Positions 7,550 to 15,845 of a DNA stretch of 45,766 bases are shown in pieces; the first letter of the stretch is position 1, and every line of letters begins with the position of its first letter. A program made the position numbers and the translations under genes. The notes under the pieces were generated by a model. That model ran no database searches, was not told where the DNA came from, and saw only the letters and a list, made by a program, of their open reading frames with translations. This DNA is from Acidimicrobiia bacterium (GTDB taxonomy: Bacteria > Actinomycetota > Acidimicrobiia > Spongiisociales > ZC4RG35). The stretch is taken from the NCBI GenBank assembly GCA_035250025.1, contig DATFFO010000035.1, positions 1 through 45,766 of the forward strand, given 5' to 3'.

Positions 7550-8326
7550 ATGTCATGGATCAGCCACGAGGACCGCGGGCCCGTCAGGTGGTTGACCCTC
7601 TCCAACCCGGGAAGGCGCAACGCCGTGCCCGCCGACGGCTGGTCCGAACTCGGTGGCGCCCTCGCCGAATTCGAGCAATCACCGGCCCGGGTCCTCGTCA
7701 TCAGAGGCGACGGAGAGGACTTTTGCGCCGGCGCCGATCTCGACCCGGGCGGCGCTGACGAAACGGGGCTCGTGGCGCGCCATCGGCGGATGAAGGTCGT
7801 GGCCGCCGCCGCCACCTCGTTGCACCGCCTGGCCAAGCCAACCGTGGCCGCCGTCGACGGTGTCGCCGTCGGAGCGGGCCTGAACCTCGCCCTGGGCTGC
7901 GACGTCGTCATCGCCACCACCCGGGCACGATTCTCCGAGATCTTCGTGCGTCGTGGTCTCACGATCGACTTTGGCGGCACGTGGCTGCTGCCCCGAATCG
8001 TGGGGCTGCAACGGGCCAAGGAGATGGCGCTCTCCGGGCGCATCGTCGACGCCGACGAGGCCCACCGAATAGGACTATGCCTCGACCTCGTGGAGCCCCA
8101 GGACCTGGAGCAGGCTGCCCAGCGGCTCGCCGAGAGCTTCCTCGCCGGCGCTCCTGTGGCACAGATGTTCGCCAAGCAGGGCATCGACGCCGCATGGGAG
8201 GTGTCGTTCCAGGAGGCCCTGGGCTGGGAGGGTCAGTCCCAATCGATCTGCTTCGGCACGGACGATTTCGAAGAGGGGGTCTCGGCCTTCCTCGAGAAGC
8301 GCCCACCCGATTTCAGGGGCCGGTGA
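7550..8326 (+). CDS. Enoyl-CoA hydratase/isomerase (crotonase) family protein
   Basis: MSWISHEDRGPVRWLTLSNPGRRNAV...VIRGDGEDFCAGADLD...AAVDGVAVGAGLNLALGCD shows the crotonase-fold oxyanion motifs. The long N-terminal part of ORF 7199.. is His/Arg-rich junk overlapping reverse-strand genes. Confidence 0.88.
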   Translation: MSWISHEDRGPVRWLTLSNPGRRNAVPADGWSELGGALAEFEQSPARVLVIRGDGEDFCAGADLDPGGADETGLVARHRRMKVVAAAATSLHRLAKPTVAAVDGVAVGAGLNLALGCDVVIATTRARFSEIFVRRGLTIDFGGTWLLPRIVGLQRAKEMALSGRIVDADEAHRIGLCLDLVEPQDLEQAAQRLAESFLAGAPVAQMFAKQGIDAAWEVSFQEALGWEGQSQSICFGTDDFEEGVSAFLEKRPPDFRGR

Positions 8327-8416
8327 GCCTGGATCCACCGAGAGACGGCGAGGAGACCGGGCCTGCCCTGATGGCATCACGATCGAGGCCAAGCGAATCG
8401 GTGGATCTGGGCTGAG
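8327..8416. repeat. Interspersed stem-forming repeat, short copy (about 90 bp)
   Basis: It begins right after the crotonase TGA. The 5' arm gcctggatccaccg pairs with the 3' arm cggtggatctgggc (13 bp, including 2 G-U in RNA). Its ends are near-identical to 23407..23576. Confidence 0.75.
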
Positions 8417-8451
8417 AACGCGACCCCCTGGCAACGTCCGCCGGGCTTCCG

Positions 8452-8457
8452 TACCTT
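8452..8457 (+). promoter_or_regulatory. Candidate -10 (TACCTT) 6 nt upstream of the yifB ATG, suggesting a leaderless start
   Basis: TACCTT-gcgggc-ATG with no SD. Confidence 0.4.
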
Positions 8458-8463
8458 GCGGGC

Positions 8464-9927
8464 ATGTTTGCCTCGACGACCTCTGTGGTCATGGTGGGGG
8501 CGGAGCCATGCCCGGTCCGGGTCGAGGCTCATGTCGGGTCGGCCAAGGAGGTCTTCAAGCTCACCGGGCTGCCCGACACCGCGGTGCGGGAGGCGAAGGA
8601 CCGCGTGCGTGCGGCGGTCGTGTCCTCGCGGTTCAGCTTTCCGAGTCGTTGGATCACGGTCAACCTGGCGCCCGCCGACGTCAAGAAGGGCGGCGCCGAC
8701 TTCGACCTCCCGATCGCTCTCGGGGTGCTCGGGGCGGCGGGCACGATCCCGTCTCGACCCGTGGTGGCGCTGGGCCAGCTCGCCCTCGACGGCCAGGTGC
8801 GCGCCGGCAGGGGAACTCTGGGTGCCGCCATCGTCGCTGCCCGGATGGGCGTTCCCTGTCTGGTCGCCGAGGAATCCGCTGCCGAGGCGGCCTCCGTGTC
8901 CGGCGCCGCCGTCTTCCCTGTGCGCACGTTGGCCGATGCCGTCGATGTCATCTCGGGTGCCGAACCCCGCCCCATCTCGCGGCCCCCTCTCGCCGACGCC
9001 ACGGACACACCGGATCTGGCCGAGGTCAGAGGCCATCCTCTCGCCCGTCGTGCCCTGGAGGTCGCCGCCGCCGGCGGACACCATCTCTTTCTCCATGGAC
9101 CGCCCGGGTCGGGCAAGACGATGCTGGCGCGTCGGCTGCCCGGGGTGCTGCCTCCCCTCACCCCGGACCAGGCGCTGGCGGTGGCCTGCATTTGGTCGGC
9201 GGGGAATCGCAGCCGGGGGGTTGATCCCACGCCCCCGTTCCGGGCTCCCCACCACACCGCCAGTCTGGCCGCCCTGGTCGGGGGCGGCAGCGGGACGATC
9301 GTTCCGGGTGAGATTTCTCTGGCAACCCATGGGGTTCTCTTTCTCGATGAGTTGGGGGAGTTCCCTTCCCGGACGCTCGACGCCCTCCGTCAACCGCTCG
9401 AAGAGGGAGAGGTGGCACTGGCAAGACGGGGGATCTCGGTGACCTACCCGGCTGCTGTGCAACTGGTGGCCGCCTCCAACCCGTGTCCATGCGGGTATGC
9501 CGGCGACCGGCACAGCGCCTGCAAGTGCCGGCCCAGCTCAGTGGACACCTACCGGCGTCGGATCTCGGGACCTCTGCTCGATCGCTTCGATCTGCGGGTT
9601 GCCGTGCGGCGGCTGCATGCCGACGAGGTTCAGGGTCCACCCGGCGAGGCGACCGCCGCCGTGGCCGAGAGGGTGGCGGCGGCGCGCCGGCACCAGTCCG
9701 CCCGCGGGCGGCTCAACCGGGACCTCGGGAGGCCTGAATTGGACAGGCTCGCCATCCAACAGGCAGGCGAGGCGATGCTGGGGAGGGCCATCGATGCCAG
9801 CGGGCTCACCGCCCGCGGCTTCGACCGGGTGCGGCGCGTCGCCCGAACGCTGGCCGACCTGGACGACACGGGTGTGGTCGAGGAGTGTCATGTCGCCGAG
9901 GCGCTCGCACTGCGCGGGTCGTGGTGA
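8464..9927 (+). CDS. yifB: YifB/ComM family Mg-chelatase-like AAA+ ATPase
   Basis: 487 aa with a Lon-protease-like N-domain (GLPDTAVREAKDRV), Walker A GPPGSGKTMLA, Walker B VLFLDELGEF and a C-terminal Zn-finger-like CPCGY...C.C region. Same position as Rv2897c. Confidence 0.92.
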   Translation: MFASTTSVVMVGAEPCPVRVEAHVGSAKEVFKLTGLPDTAVREAKDRVRAAVVSSRFSFPSRWITVNLAPADVKKGGADFDLPIALGVLGAAGTIPSRPVVALGQLALDGQVRAGRGTLGAAIVAARMGVPCLVAEESAAEAASVSGAAVFPVRTLADAVDVISGAEPRPISRPPLADATDTPDLAEVRGHPLARRALEVAAAGGHHLFLHGPPGSGKTMLARRLPGVLPPLTPDQALAVACIWSAGNRSRGVDPTPPFRAPHHTASLAALVGGGSGTIVPGEISLATHGVLFLDELGEFPSRTLDALRQPLEEGEVALARRGISVTYPAAVQLVAASNPCPCGYAGDRHSACKCRPSSVDTYRRRISGPLLDRFDLRVAVRRLHADEVQGPPGEATAAVAERVAAARRHQSARGRLNRDLGRPELDRLAIQQAGEAMLGRAIDASGLTARGFDRVRRVARTLADLDDTGVVEECHVAEALALRGSW

Positions 9928-10763
9928 GCGACACCCTCCGCGTGCGCCGGGGGGAAGAGGCGTACCCGGCGCTGTTGGAGACGATCAGCGACCCGCCACC
10001 GGCGGTCTGGATAAGGGGACGGCTGCCGGCCGGACCGGGCGTGGCCATCGTCGGGACCCGTCGCGCCACCCGCTACGGCCTGGGCCTGGCGCGGTCGATG
10101 GGTGCGGCCGTCGCCCGGGCGGGCTGGCCGGTGGTCAGCGGGCTGGCCCGCGGTGTCGACGGCGCCGCCCACCGCGGCTGTCTCGACGCGGCGGGATCAG
10201 GAGTCGCCGTGCTCGGCTCCGGAATCGACGTGTGGTATCCGCCAGAGCACCAGGGTCTCGGGCAAGACCTCGTCCGGCAGGGCGGGGCGGTGGTATCGGA
10301 GTATCCGCCGGGCACGTCCCCAGAGCCGTGGCGCTTCCCGGCTCGAAATCGGATCATTTCGGCCTTGAGCGCAGTGGTGGTGGTCACCGAGGCGGCTGTG
10401 AAAGGGGGAGCGTTGATCACGGCCCGCCTGGCCGCAGAGCAGGGGAGAGAGGTGTTCGCCGTCCCCGGTGACGTGTCGCGTTCCACCTCGGTGGGGACGA
10501 ACCTCCTCATCCGTGACGGCGCCCTCCCCATCTTGGGCCCCGAGGACCTCCTCGAGGCCCTGTCGCTCGTGATGGGACCACCCCCGGTCCGGGCAATCGA
10601 GCCGCAGCCCCTCGAGATCGATGTCCCCCCAGCGGGGGCTTCGGTGGAAATGGTCGTCGAGGCCAACGGGGGCGACACCGCCCGGATCCTCGCCATCCTC
10701 GGCCGTCTCGAATCGGAGGGACGGGTGCGGATCGAGGGCGGAGAGGTCGTCCGCATCACGTGA
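9921..10763 (+). CDS. dprA: DNA processing/recombination mediator protein DprA
   Basis: YPALLETISDPPPAVWIRG...IVGTRRATRYG...SGLARGVDGAAHRG...GSGIDVWYP is the DprA Rossmann core. The GTG at 9921/9924 overlaps the yifB stop; an in-frame ATG at 9885 is an alternative start. Confidence 0.9.
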   Translation: MVSDTLRVRRGEEAYPALLETISDPPPAVWIRGRLPAGPGVAIVGTRRATRYGLGLARSMGAAVARAGWPVVSGLARGVDGAAHRGCLDAAGSGVAVLGSGIDVWYPPEHQGLGQDLVRQGGAVVSEYPPGTSPEPWRFPARNRIISALSAVVVVTEAAVKGGALITARLAAEQGREVFAVPGDVSRSTSVGTNLLIRDGALPILGPEDLLEALSLVMGPPPVRAIEPQPLEIDVPPAGASVEMVVEANGGDTARILAILGRLESEGRVRIEGGEVVRIT

Positions 10764-10879
10764 ATCCATTGCTCGCACCTGTCGCCGCCCTAGCCTGGCG
10801 CCCGGTCTGAGATGCTCCGGGGCCGGGACGGGCACCGTGCTTCCTAGACTCAGGCGCAACTCAGAGCAGAAGGAACGGC

Positions 10880-11662
10880 ATGACAGGTCGCGCCGGGAGC
10901 GATCAAGCAGCGGATATCGACTCATTGTGGGAGCGGTTCAAACAGTCCGGTGACGGGAGCATCCGCGAGAGCCTGATCATCCACTACTCGCCGCTTGTGA
11001 AGTTCGTGGCCGGCCGTGTCGCCGCCGGTCTCCCCCGCAACGTCGATCAGAACGATCTCGCCTCATATGGGGTTTTCGGGCTCATCGACGCCATCGACAA
11101 GTTCGAGCCCGAGCGCGGCTTCAAGTTCGAGACATACGCCATCAACCGGATCAAGGGAGCCATCCTCGACGAGCTGAGGTCTCTCGACTGGGTTCCCCGA
11201 TCAGTGCGGGCCAAGGCGAGGGAAATCGAGCGATCCATGGTCGAGCTCGAGCACAAGCTCCAGCGCAGCCCCACCGACGAGGAGCTCGCCAAGCACATGG
11301 GAGCCGAGGTCGGTTCGATCCAGGATGACCTGGCCGAGATCTCCCAGCTCGGCTTTGCCGCCCTCGATCAGACCGTTGGCACCGGCGAGACCATGACCAC
11401 CCTCAAGGACCTGGTGGCGGACACCTCGGGGTTGTCGCCGGAAGCCGCATTCCAGGCCGAGGAGACCCGCCGGGCGCTGGTCGATTCCATCAATCGCCTG
11501 CCGGACCGCGAGCGGCTGGTCGTCACCCTGTACTACTACGAGGGCTTGACCCTGGCCGAAATCGGCGACGTCCTCGGGGTGACAGAGTCGCGGGTGTGCC
11601 AGATCCACGCCAAGACGGTGATGTCCCTTCGCAACCGCCTCGCTGAGCCAACAATCCTGTAA
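10880..11662 (+). CDS. whiG: FliA/WhiG-family (group 3) RNA polymerase sigma factor
   Basis: 260 aa with region 2 (DLASYGVFGLIDAIDKFEPERGFKFETYAINRIKGAILDELR) and a region 4 HTH (LTLAEIGDVLGVTESRVCQIH). Its position upstream of rpsB-tsf-pyrH matches Streptomyces whiG. RBS is gaagga. Confidence 0.85.
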   Translation: MTGRAGSDQAADIDSLWERFKQSGDGSIRESLIIHYSPLVKFVAGRVAAGLPRNVDQNDLASYGVFGLIDAIDKFEPERGFKFETYAINRIKGAILDELRSLDWVPRSVRAKAREIERSMVELEHKLQRSPTDEELAKHMGAEVGSIQDDLAEISQLGFAALDQTVGTGETMTTLKDLVADTSGLSPEAAFQAEETRRALVDSINRLPDRERLVVTLYYYEGLTLAEIGDVLGVTESRVCQIHAKTVMSLRNRLAEPTIL

Positions 11663-11723
11663 TTGGTTGTGGGTCGTAGGTTGTAGGTCGTCGAGTTCGA
11701 GTGGTCGGAAGTCGGAAGTCGGA
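11663..11723. repeat. T/G-rich short tandem-repeat block starting right after the sigma-factor stop
   Basis: The sequence is TTGGTTGTGGGTCGTAGGTTGTAGGTCGT, then cgagtt-cgagtg, then TCGGAAG-TCGGAAG-TCGGA. Period is 7 nt. The first 27 nt match 19609..19635 in architecture. Confidence 0.8.
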
Positions 11724-11797
11724 TCCGTCACCTTGCCATACGGCTTCGCAAAGCAGCCCGGCGCCCGGGTAAGATCCCCCCATCACACACGTCCGTT

Positions 11798-11885
11798 TGC
11801 CCTGACTGGTGCAGACCGAAATTTCGGCTCGTAGACAGGGCACGCTCGGCTCCTCATGGAGCCGGTGCGGCGGGTCAACCCGCCG
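11798..11885 (+). promoter_or_regulatory. Structured rpsB 5' leader with three consecutive perfect hairpins
   Basis: tgccctg...cagggca (11798-11842) encloses the palindrome ccgaaatttcgg. It is followed by ggctcc-tcat-ggagcc (11848-11863) and cggcggg-tcaa-cccgccg (11868-11885), ending 19 nt before the RBS aggaagg. Confidence 0.4.
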
Positions 11886-11921
11886 GCGGTCGGAGGAACA
11901 ACCAGGAAGGAAACACCCTCG

Positions 11922-12665
11922 ATGAGCGCTGTCTCGATGAAGCAGCTCTTGGAGGCCGGCGTCCATTTCGGTCACCAGACCCGACGCTGGAACCCCAAGA
12001 TGAAGCCGTACATCTACGGCGAACGTAACGGCATCCACATCATCGATCTCCGCCAGACCGTCGAGCAGATCGACAAGGCGGCGGAGTTCGTGAAGAACAT
12101 GGCGTCCGAAGGCGGCACCGTCCTCTTCGTCGGCACCAAGAAGCAGGCCCAAGCCCCCATCACCGACCAGGCCCAGCGGTCCAACAACCCCTATGTCACC
12201 TATCGGTGGCTGGGCGGCATGCTCACCAACTTCACCACCATCCAGAAGCGGATCTTCTATCTCAAGGAACTCCGCCAGATGGAGGAGACCGAGGAGATCA
12301 ACGCCCTCCCCAAGAAGGAGCGGCTACGTCTCCGCCGGGAGCGGGAGAAGCTGGAGATGAACCTCGGGGGCGTCGTCGAGATGACCCGTTTGCCTGCCGC
12401 CCTGTTCGTGGTCGACGTCAACACCGAGACAACGGCGGTTGCCGAGGCGGCCCGGCTCAAGATTCCCGTGATCGCCCTGGTCGATTCCAACAGCAACCCT
12501 GACAACGTCGACTTCGTGATCCCCGGAAACGACGACGCCATTCGCTCCGCCGATCTGGTGGCCGGTGCCATCGCCGAAGCCAGCATCGAAGGGCGCGAAA
12601 TCGCCTCGAAGCGGCGGGTGATAAAAGCCGAGGGTGACGATAGGAAAGCAGCCGCCCGTGGCTGA
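11922..12665 (+). CDS. rpsB: 30S ribosomal protein S2
   Basis: [27 protein letters not shown] is the canonical S2 start. The RBS aggaagg is at 11904-11910. The ORF-track start at 11856 lies inside a leader hairpin. Confidence 0.96.
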   Translation: MSAVSMKQLLEAGVHFGHQTRRWNPKMKPYIYGERNGIHIIDLRQTVEQIDKAAEFVKNMASEGGTVLFVGTKKQAQAPITDQAQRSNNPYVTYRWLGGMLTNFTTIQKRIFYLKELRQMEETEEINALPKKERLRLRREREKLEMNLGGVVEMTRLPAALFVVDVNTETTAVAEAARLKIPVIALVDSNSNPDNVDFVIPGNDDAIRSADLVAGAIAEASIEGREIASKRRVIKAEGDDRKAAARG

Positions 12666-13278
12666 GATCACCGTCCAGGACATCCAGCAGCTCCGCCAGG
12701 ACGCCGGGGTGGGAATGATGGACGCCAAACGGGCCCTGGTCGAGACCGGCGGCGATGCCGAGGCGGCCCTCGAAATGCTGCGGGACAAGGGACTGCTTCA
12801 GGTCGCCAAACGGGCTGAGCGCACCGCTCATCACGGAACCGTCGGCCATTACGTCCATGTTCAGCAGGGGCGGGCTGTTGCCGGAGTCCTGGTCGATCTC
12901 GCCTGCGAGACGGATTTCGTCGCCAAGAGCGACGAATTCGTCGAGGTCGCCAACGACATCGCCCTCCACATCTCGTGGGGCAAGCCGGTGTGGGTCGATC
13001 GCAGCGAGGTCAGCGGTGCCGACCTCGACGTCAAGCGCCAGGAGTTCGCCGCCGAAGCTCGTGAGGAGGGAAAGCCCGACAACCTGATCGACAAGATCGT
13101 CGAAGGCAAAGTCGAGAAGTACCTCAAGGACAGCAGCCTCGTCGAGCAGCCGTTCGTAAACCCGGACAAGTTCGACGGCACGGTTGGTGACATGGTCACC
13201 CGGCTCGCCGCCAAGATGGGCGAGAACATCACCGTGCGCCGGTTTGCCCGCATCGCCGTCGGTGAGGACGCTGAATGA
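12658..13278 (+). CDS. tsf: Elongation factor Ts, short form (about 206 aa)
   Basis: [45 protein letters not shown] is the UBA-like N-domain, and [13 protein letters not shown] is the core. The GTG at 12658 overlaps the rpsB 3' end by 8 nt. Confidence 0.92.
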   Translation: MAEITVQDIQQLRQDAGVGMMDAKRALVETGGDAEAALEMLRDKGLLQVAKRAERTAHHGTVGHYVHVQQGRAVAGVLVDLACETDFVAKSDEFVEVANDIALHISWGKPVWVDRSEVSGADLDVKRQEFAAEAREEGKPDNLIDKIVEGKVEKYLKDSSLVEQPFVNPDKFDGTVGDMVTRLAAKMGENITVRRFARIAVGEDAE

Positions 13279-14060
13279 CGTCGACGCCTCGGAGGGTTCT
13301 GCTCAAGCTCTCAGGTGAGGCGTTCGCCGACCCCGACGTGGGGTACGGCATCGACCCGGTCACGGTGAAGCGCGTCGCCGAGGAGGTGGCAGCCGCTCAC
13401 GCCTCCGGGGCCCAGATCGCCATCGTCGTCGGGGGTGGCAACATCTTCCGCGGGGTCTCTCAGGCGGCCAAGGGCATGGATCCCGCCGCCGCCGACTACA
13501 TGGGAATGCTGGCGACCGTGATCAACTCGCTGGCCCTCCGGGACGCCCTCGAGAAGGTTGGCGTCGAGACCCGTGTCCAGTCGGCGATCACGATGCAGCA
13601 GCTCGCCGAGCCCTACATCCGACTGAAGGCGATCCGTCATCTCGAGAAGGGCCGGGTCGTCATCTTTGCGGCCGGCACCGGCAACCCGTTCTTCACGACC
13701 GACACCACGGCCGCGCTGCGGGCCGTGGAGATCGGTGCCGAGGCTCTCTTGAAGGCGTCGAAGGTCGACGGGATCTACGACTCCGACCCGAGCACCAACC
13801 CCGACGCAGTGCTCCTCCCCGAACTGACCTACCTGGACTTCCTCGCCCGGGACCTTCGTGTGATGGACTCGACGGCCGTCACCATGTGCAAGGAACACGA
13901 TGTCCCCATCGTCGTCTTCGATATGACCGAGCCTGGCACGATCGTGCAGGCCGTCCTGGGTGAGCCGATCGGCACCGTCGTCCAGAACGGGAACGGCCGG
14001 CAGCCGGGAGCGCCCGGGCGCCAGGCGACGGAAGGGGCACCGGCTAGTGTCACCGGCTGA
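13275..14060 (+). CDS. pyrH: UMP kinase
   Basis: [11 protein letters not shown]..., [10 protein letters not shown] and [16 protein letters not shown] are present. There is an ATGA overlap with the tsf stop and a short Gly/Pro-rich C-terminal tail. Confidence 0.96.
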   Translation: MTSTPRRVLLKLSGEAFADPDVGYGIDPVTVKRVAEEVAAAHASGAQIAIVVGGGNIFRGVSQAAKGMDPAAADYMGMLATVINSLALRDALEKVGVETRVQSAITMQQLAEPYIRLKAIRHLEKGRVVIFAAGTGNPFFTTDTTAALRAVEIGAEALLKASKVDGIYDSDPSTNPDAVLLPELTYLDFLARDLRVMDSTAVTMCKEHDVPIVVFDMTEPGTIVQAVLGEPIGTVVQNGNGRQPGAPGRQATEGAPASVTG

Positions 14061-14095
14061 AGCGATCTGTTCGACACTGCGCTAGGAAGTGCGGG

Positions 14096-14647
14096 ATGAT
14101 CAAAGAACTTCTGGCGGACGCCGGCGAAAAAATGAACCAGGCGGTCGAGCACGTCTCGTCGGAGTTCGCCACCGTGCGAACCGGTCGGGCCAACCCCCAG
14201 ATCCTGTCGCGGATCACCGTCGACTACTACGGCCAACCGACCTCGCTCCTCCAGCTGGCGTCGGTGTCGGTCCCCGAGCCGCGACTGCTGGTGGTGGCAC
14301 CATTCGACAAGTCCTCGATGACCAACATCGAACGTGCTATCAGCCAGTCCGACCTCGGTCTCAACCCGAGCAACGACGGCTCGGTCATCCGCCTCGCCTT
14401 CCCTCCGTTGACCCAGGAACGACGCGACGACCTGATCCGCGTCGTGCGTCACATGGCTGAGGAGGGCAGGGTGGCCGTGCGCAACATTCGCCGCCATGGG
14501 AAGTCAGATATGGAAGAGCTGCACGGGGAGATCTCGGACGACGAGATCCGCCGGGCCGAGAAGGAGCTCCAGGATGTGACGGACAGCCACATCGCTCGCA
14601 TCGATTCCCTGTTGGATAACAAGGAATCGGAGCTGCGAGAGGTGTGA
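14096..14647 (+). CDS. frr: Ribosome recycling factor
   Basis: 183 aa, ...VRTGRANPQILSRITVDYYG...PPLTQERRDDLIRVV..., with RBS aggaag. Confidence 0.96.
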   Translation: MIKELLADAGEKMNQAVEHVSSEFATVRTGRANPQILSRITVDYYGQPTSLLQLASVSVPEPRLLVVAPFDKSSMTNIERAISQSDLGLNPSNDGSVIRLAFPPLTQERRDDLIRVVRHMAEEGRVAVRNIRRHGKSDMEELHGEISDDEIRRAEKELQDVTDSHIARIDSLLDNKESELREV

Positions 14648-14648
14648 C

Positions 14649-15839
14649 GTGAGCGAGGACCGCCCTCGTTTCCGTCGCCCCTGGGAAGACCCGGCTGACG
14701 ACGCCGAAGCCGGCCGCGACGAGGCTGACGAGGACAAGGCCGAGGAGATTTCGGCTTCGGAATCCCAGGTCGCCGAGCCAGACCTGAGCGACTGGGAGTC
14801 GATGGCTCAGACCCCGAGCGCCCTCGACGACTACTCCCGTGAGAGTTACCTCAACGCCACCACCGAGGAGTACCGGGGCCTGGCCGAGGAGATCAACCGT
14901 CTCCGGAATTCCAGCTTCGAGCGGCATGCGGTTTCGGCCACGATGCCCGGAATCGACACCGGCCTGGTCGGGTTCGAGGACGTGACCGGTCGGCGCGGCA
15001 TCACCGAGGAAGACGTCGAGGCCGCCGAGCAGGCCCGTGCGTCCGATCTGGCACTGCGGGTGGGCTCGGCGCTGGCTTTGGTGGCGCTATTCCTCGCCTC
15101 CCTCTACCTGGGCGGCTGGTGGTTCACGCTCTTCCTGGCGCTCATGATGACCATCTCCCTGGGTGAGCTCTACGCCACGGTGAGAAAGGTCGGCTACGCC
15201 CCGCTCGCTCTGGTGGGGCTGATAGGCATCATGGCCATGCCGATCCTGACCCACTCCTCGGGGATCTTCGCATTCGCCGGGGTGGCGGTGGCGGCCACCG
15301 TGATCATCGTCCTCGTGTACTCCTTGGCGCCCCGCCGCTATCCCCTCGACAACGCATCCGTGACGGTGTTCGGCATGTTGTGGGTCGGCCTGCTCACATT
15401 TGCCATCCCCGTCGGCGCCTCGGGGCGACCGCTCGCCTACATCCTCATGATCGCCGTCACGACGGCGATGGTCGACATCGGCTCATACTTCGTGGGGCGA
15501 GGCTTCGGGCACCGGGCTCTGGCGCCCAACCTCTCACCGAACAAGACGGTGGAGGGTTTCATCGGCGGAATCGTCGCCGGCATCATCACCGTCGCCGTCC
15601 TGTCGACCCTCCCGCCGTACGCAGAGGTGGGTTTCAACGGCTCACTCCTGCTCGGCCTGATCATCGCCCTCGTCGCGCCGTTGGGGGATCTCGCCGAGTC
15701 GATGGTGAAGCGGTCGCTCGGCGTCAAGGACATGGGGTCGGTCCTTCCTGGTCACGGCGGCATGCTCGACCGGATCGACAGCTTCCTGTTCACTGTCCCC
15801 GCCGCCTACGTCTTCCTCCTTTCACTCGGCCTGGTGTAG
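14649..15839 (+). CDS. cdsA: Phosphatidate cytidylyltransferase with an acidic N-terminal extension of about 130 aa
   Basis: The C-terminal two thirds is polytopic and carries the CdsA signature SMVKRSLGVKDMGSVLPGHGGMLDRIDS. The N-terminus is Asp/Glu-rich and non-membrane. Confidence 0.9.
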   Translation: MSEDRPRFRRPWEDPADDAEAGRDEADEDKAEEISASESQVAEPDLSDWESMAQTPSALDDYSRESYLNATTEEYRGLAEEINRLRNSSFERHAVSATMPGIDTGLVGFEDVTGRRGITEEDVEAAEQARASDLALRVGSALALVALFLASLYLGGWWFTLFLALMMTISLGELYATVRKVGYAPLALVGLIGIMAMPILTHSSGIFAFAGVAVAATVIIVLVYSLAPRRYPLDNASVTVFGMLWVGLLTFAIPVGASGRPLAYILMIAVTTAMVDIGSYFVGRGFGHRALAPNLSPNKTVEGFIGGIVAGIITVAVLSTLPPYAEVGFNGSLLLGLIIALVAPLGDLAESMVKRSLGVKDMGSVLPGHGGMLDRIDSFLFTVPAAYVFLLSLGLV

Positions 15840-15845
15840 GCCCCC

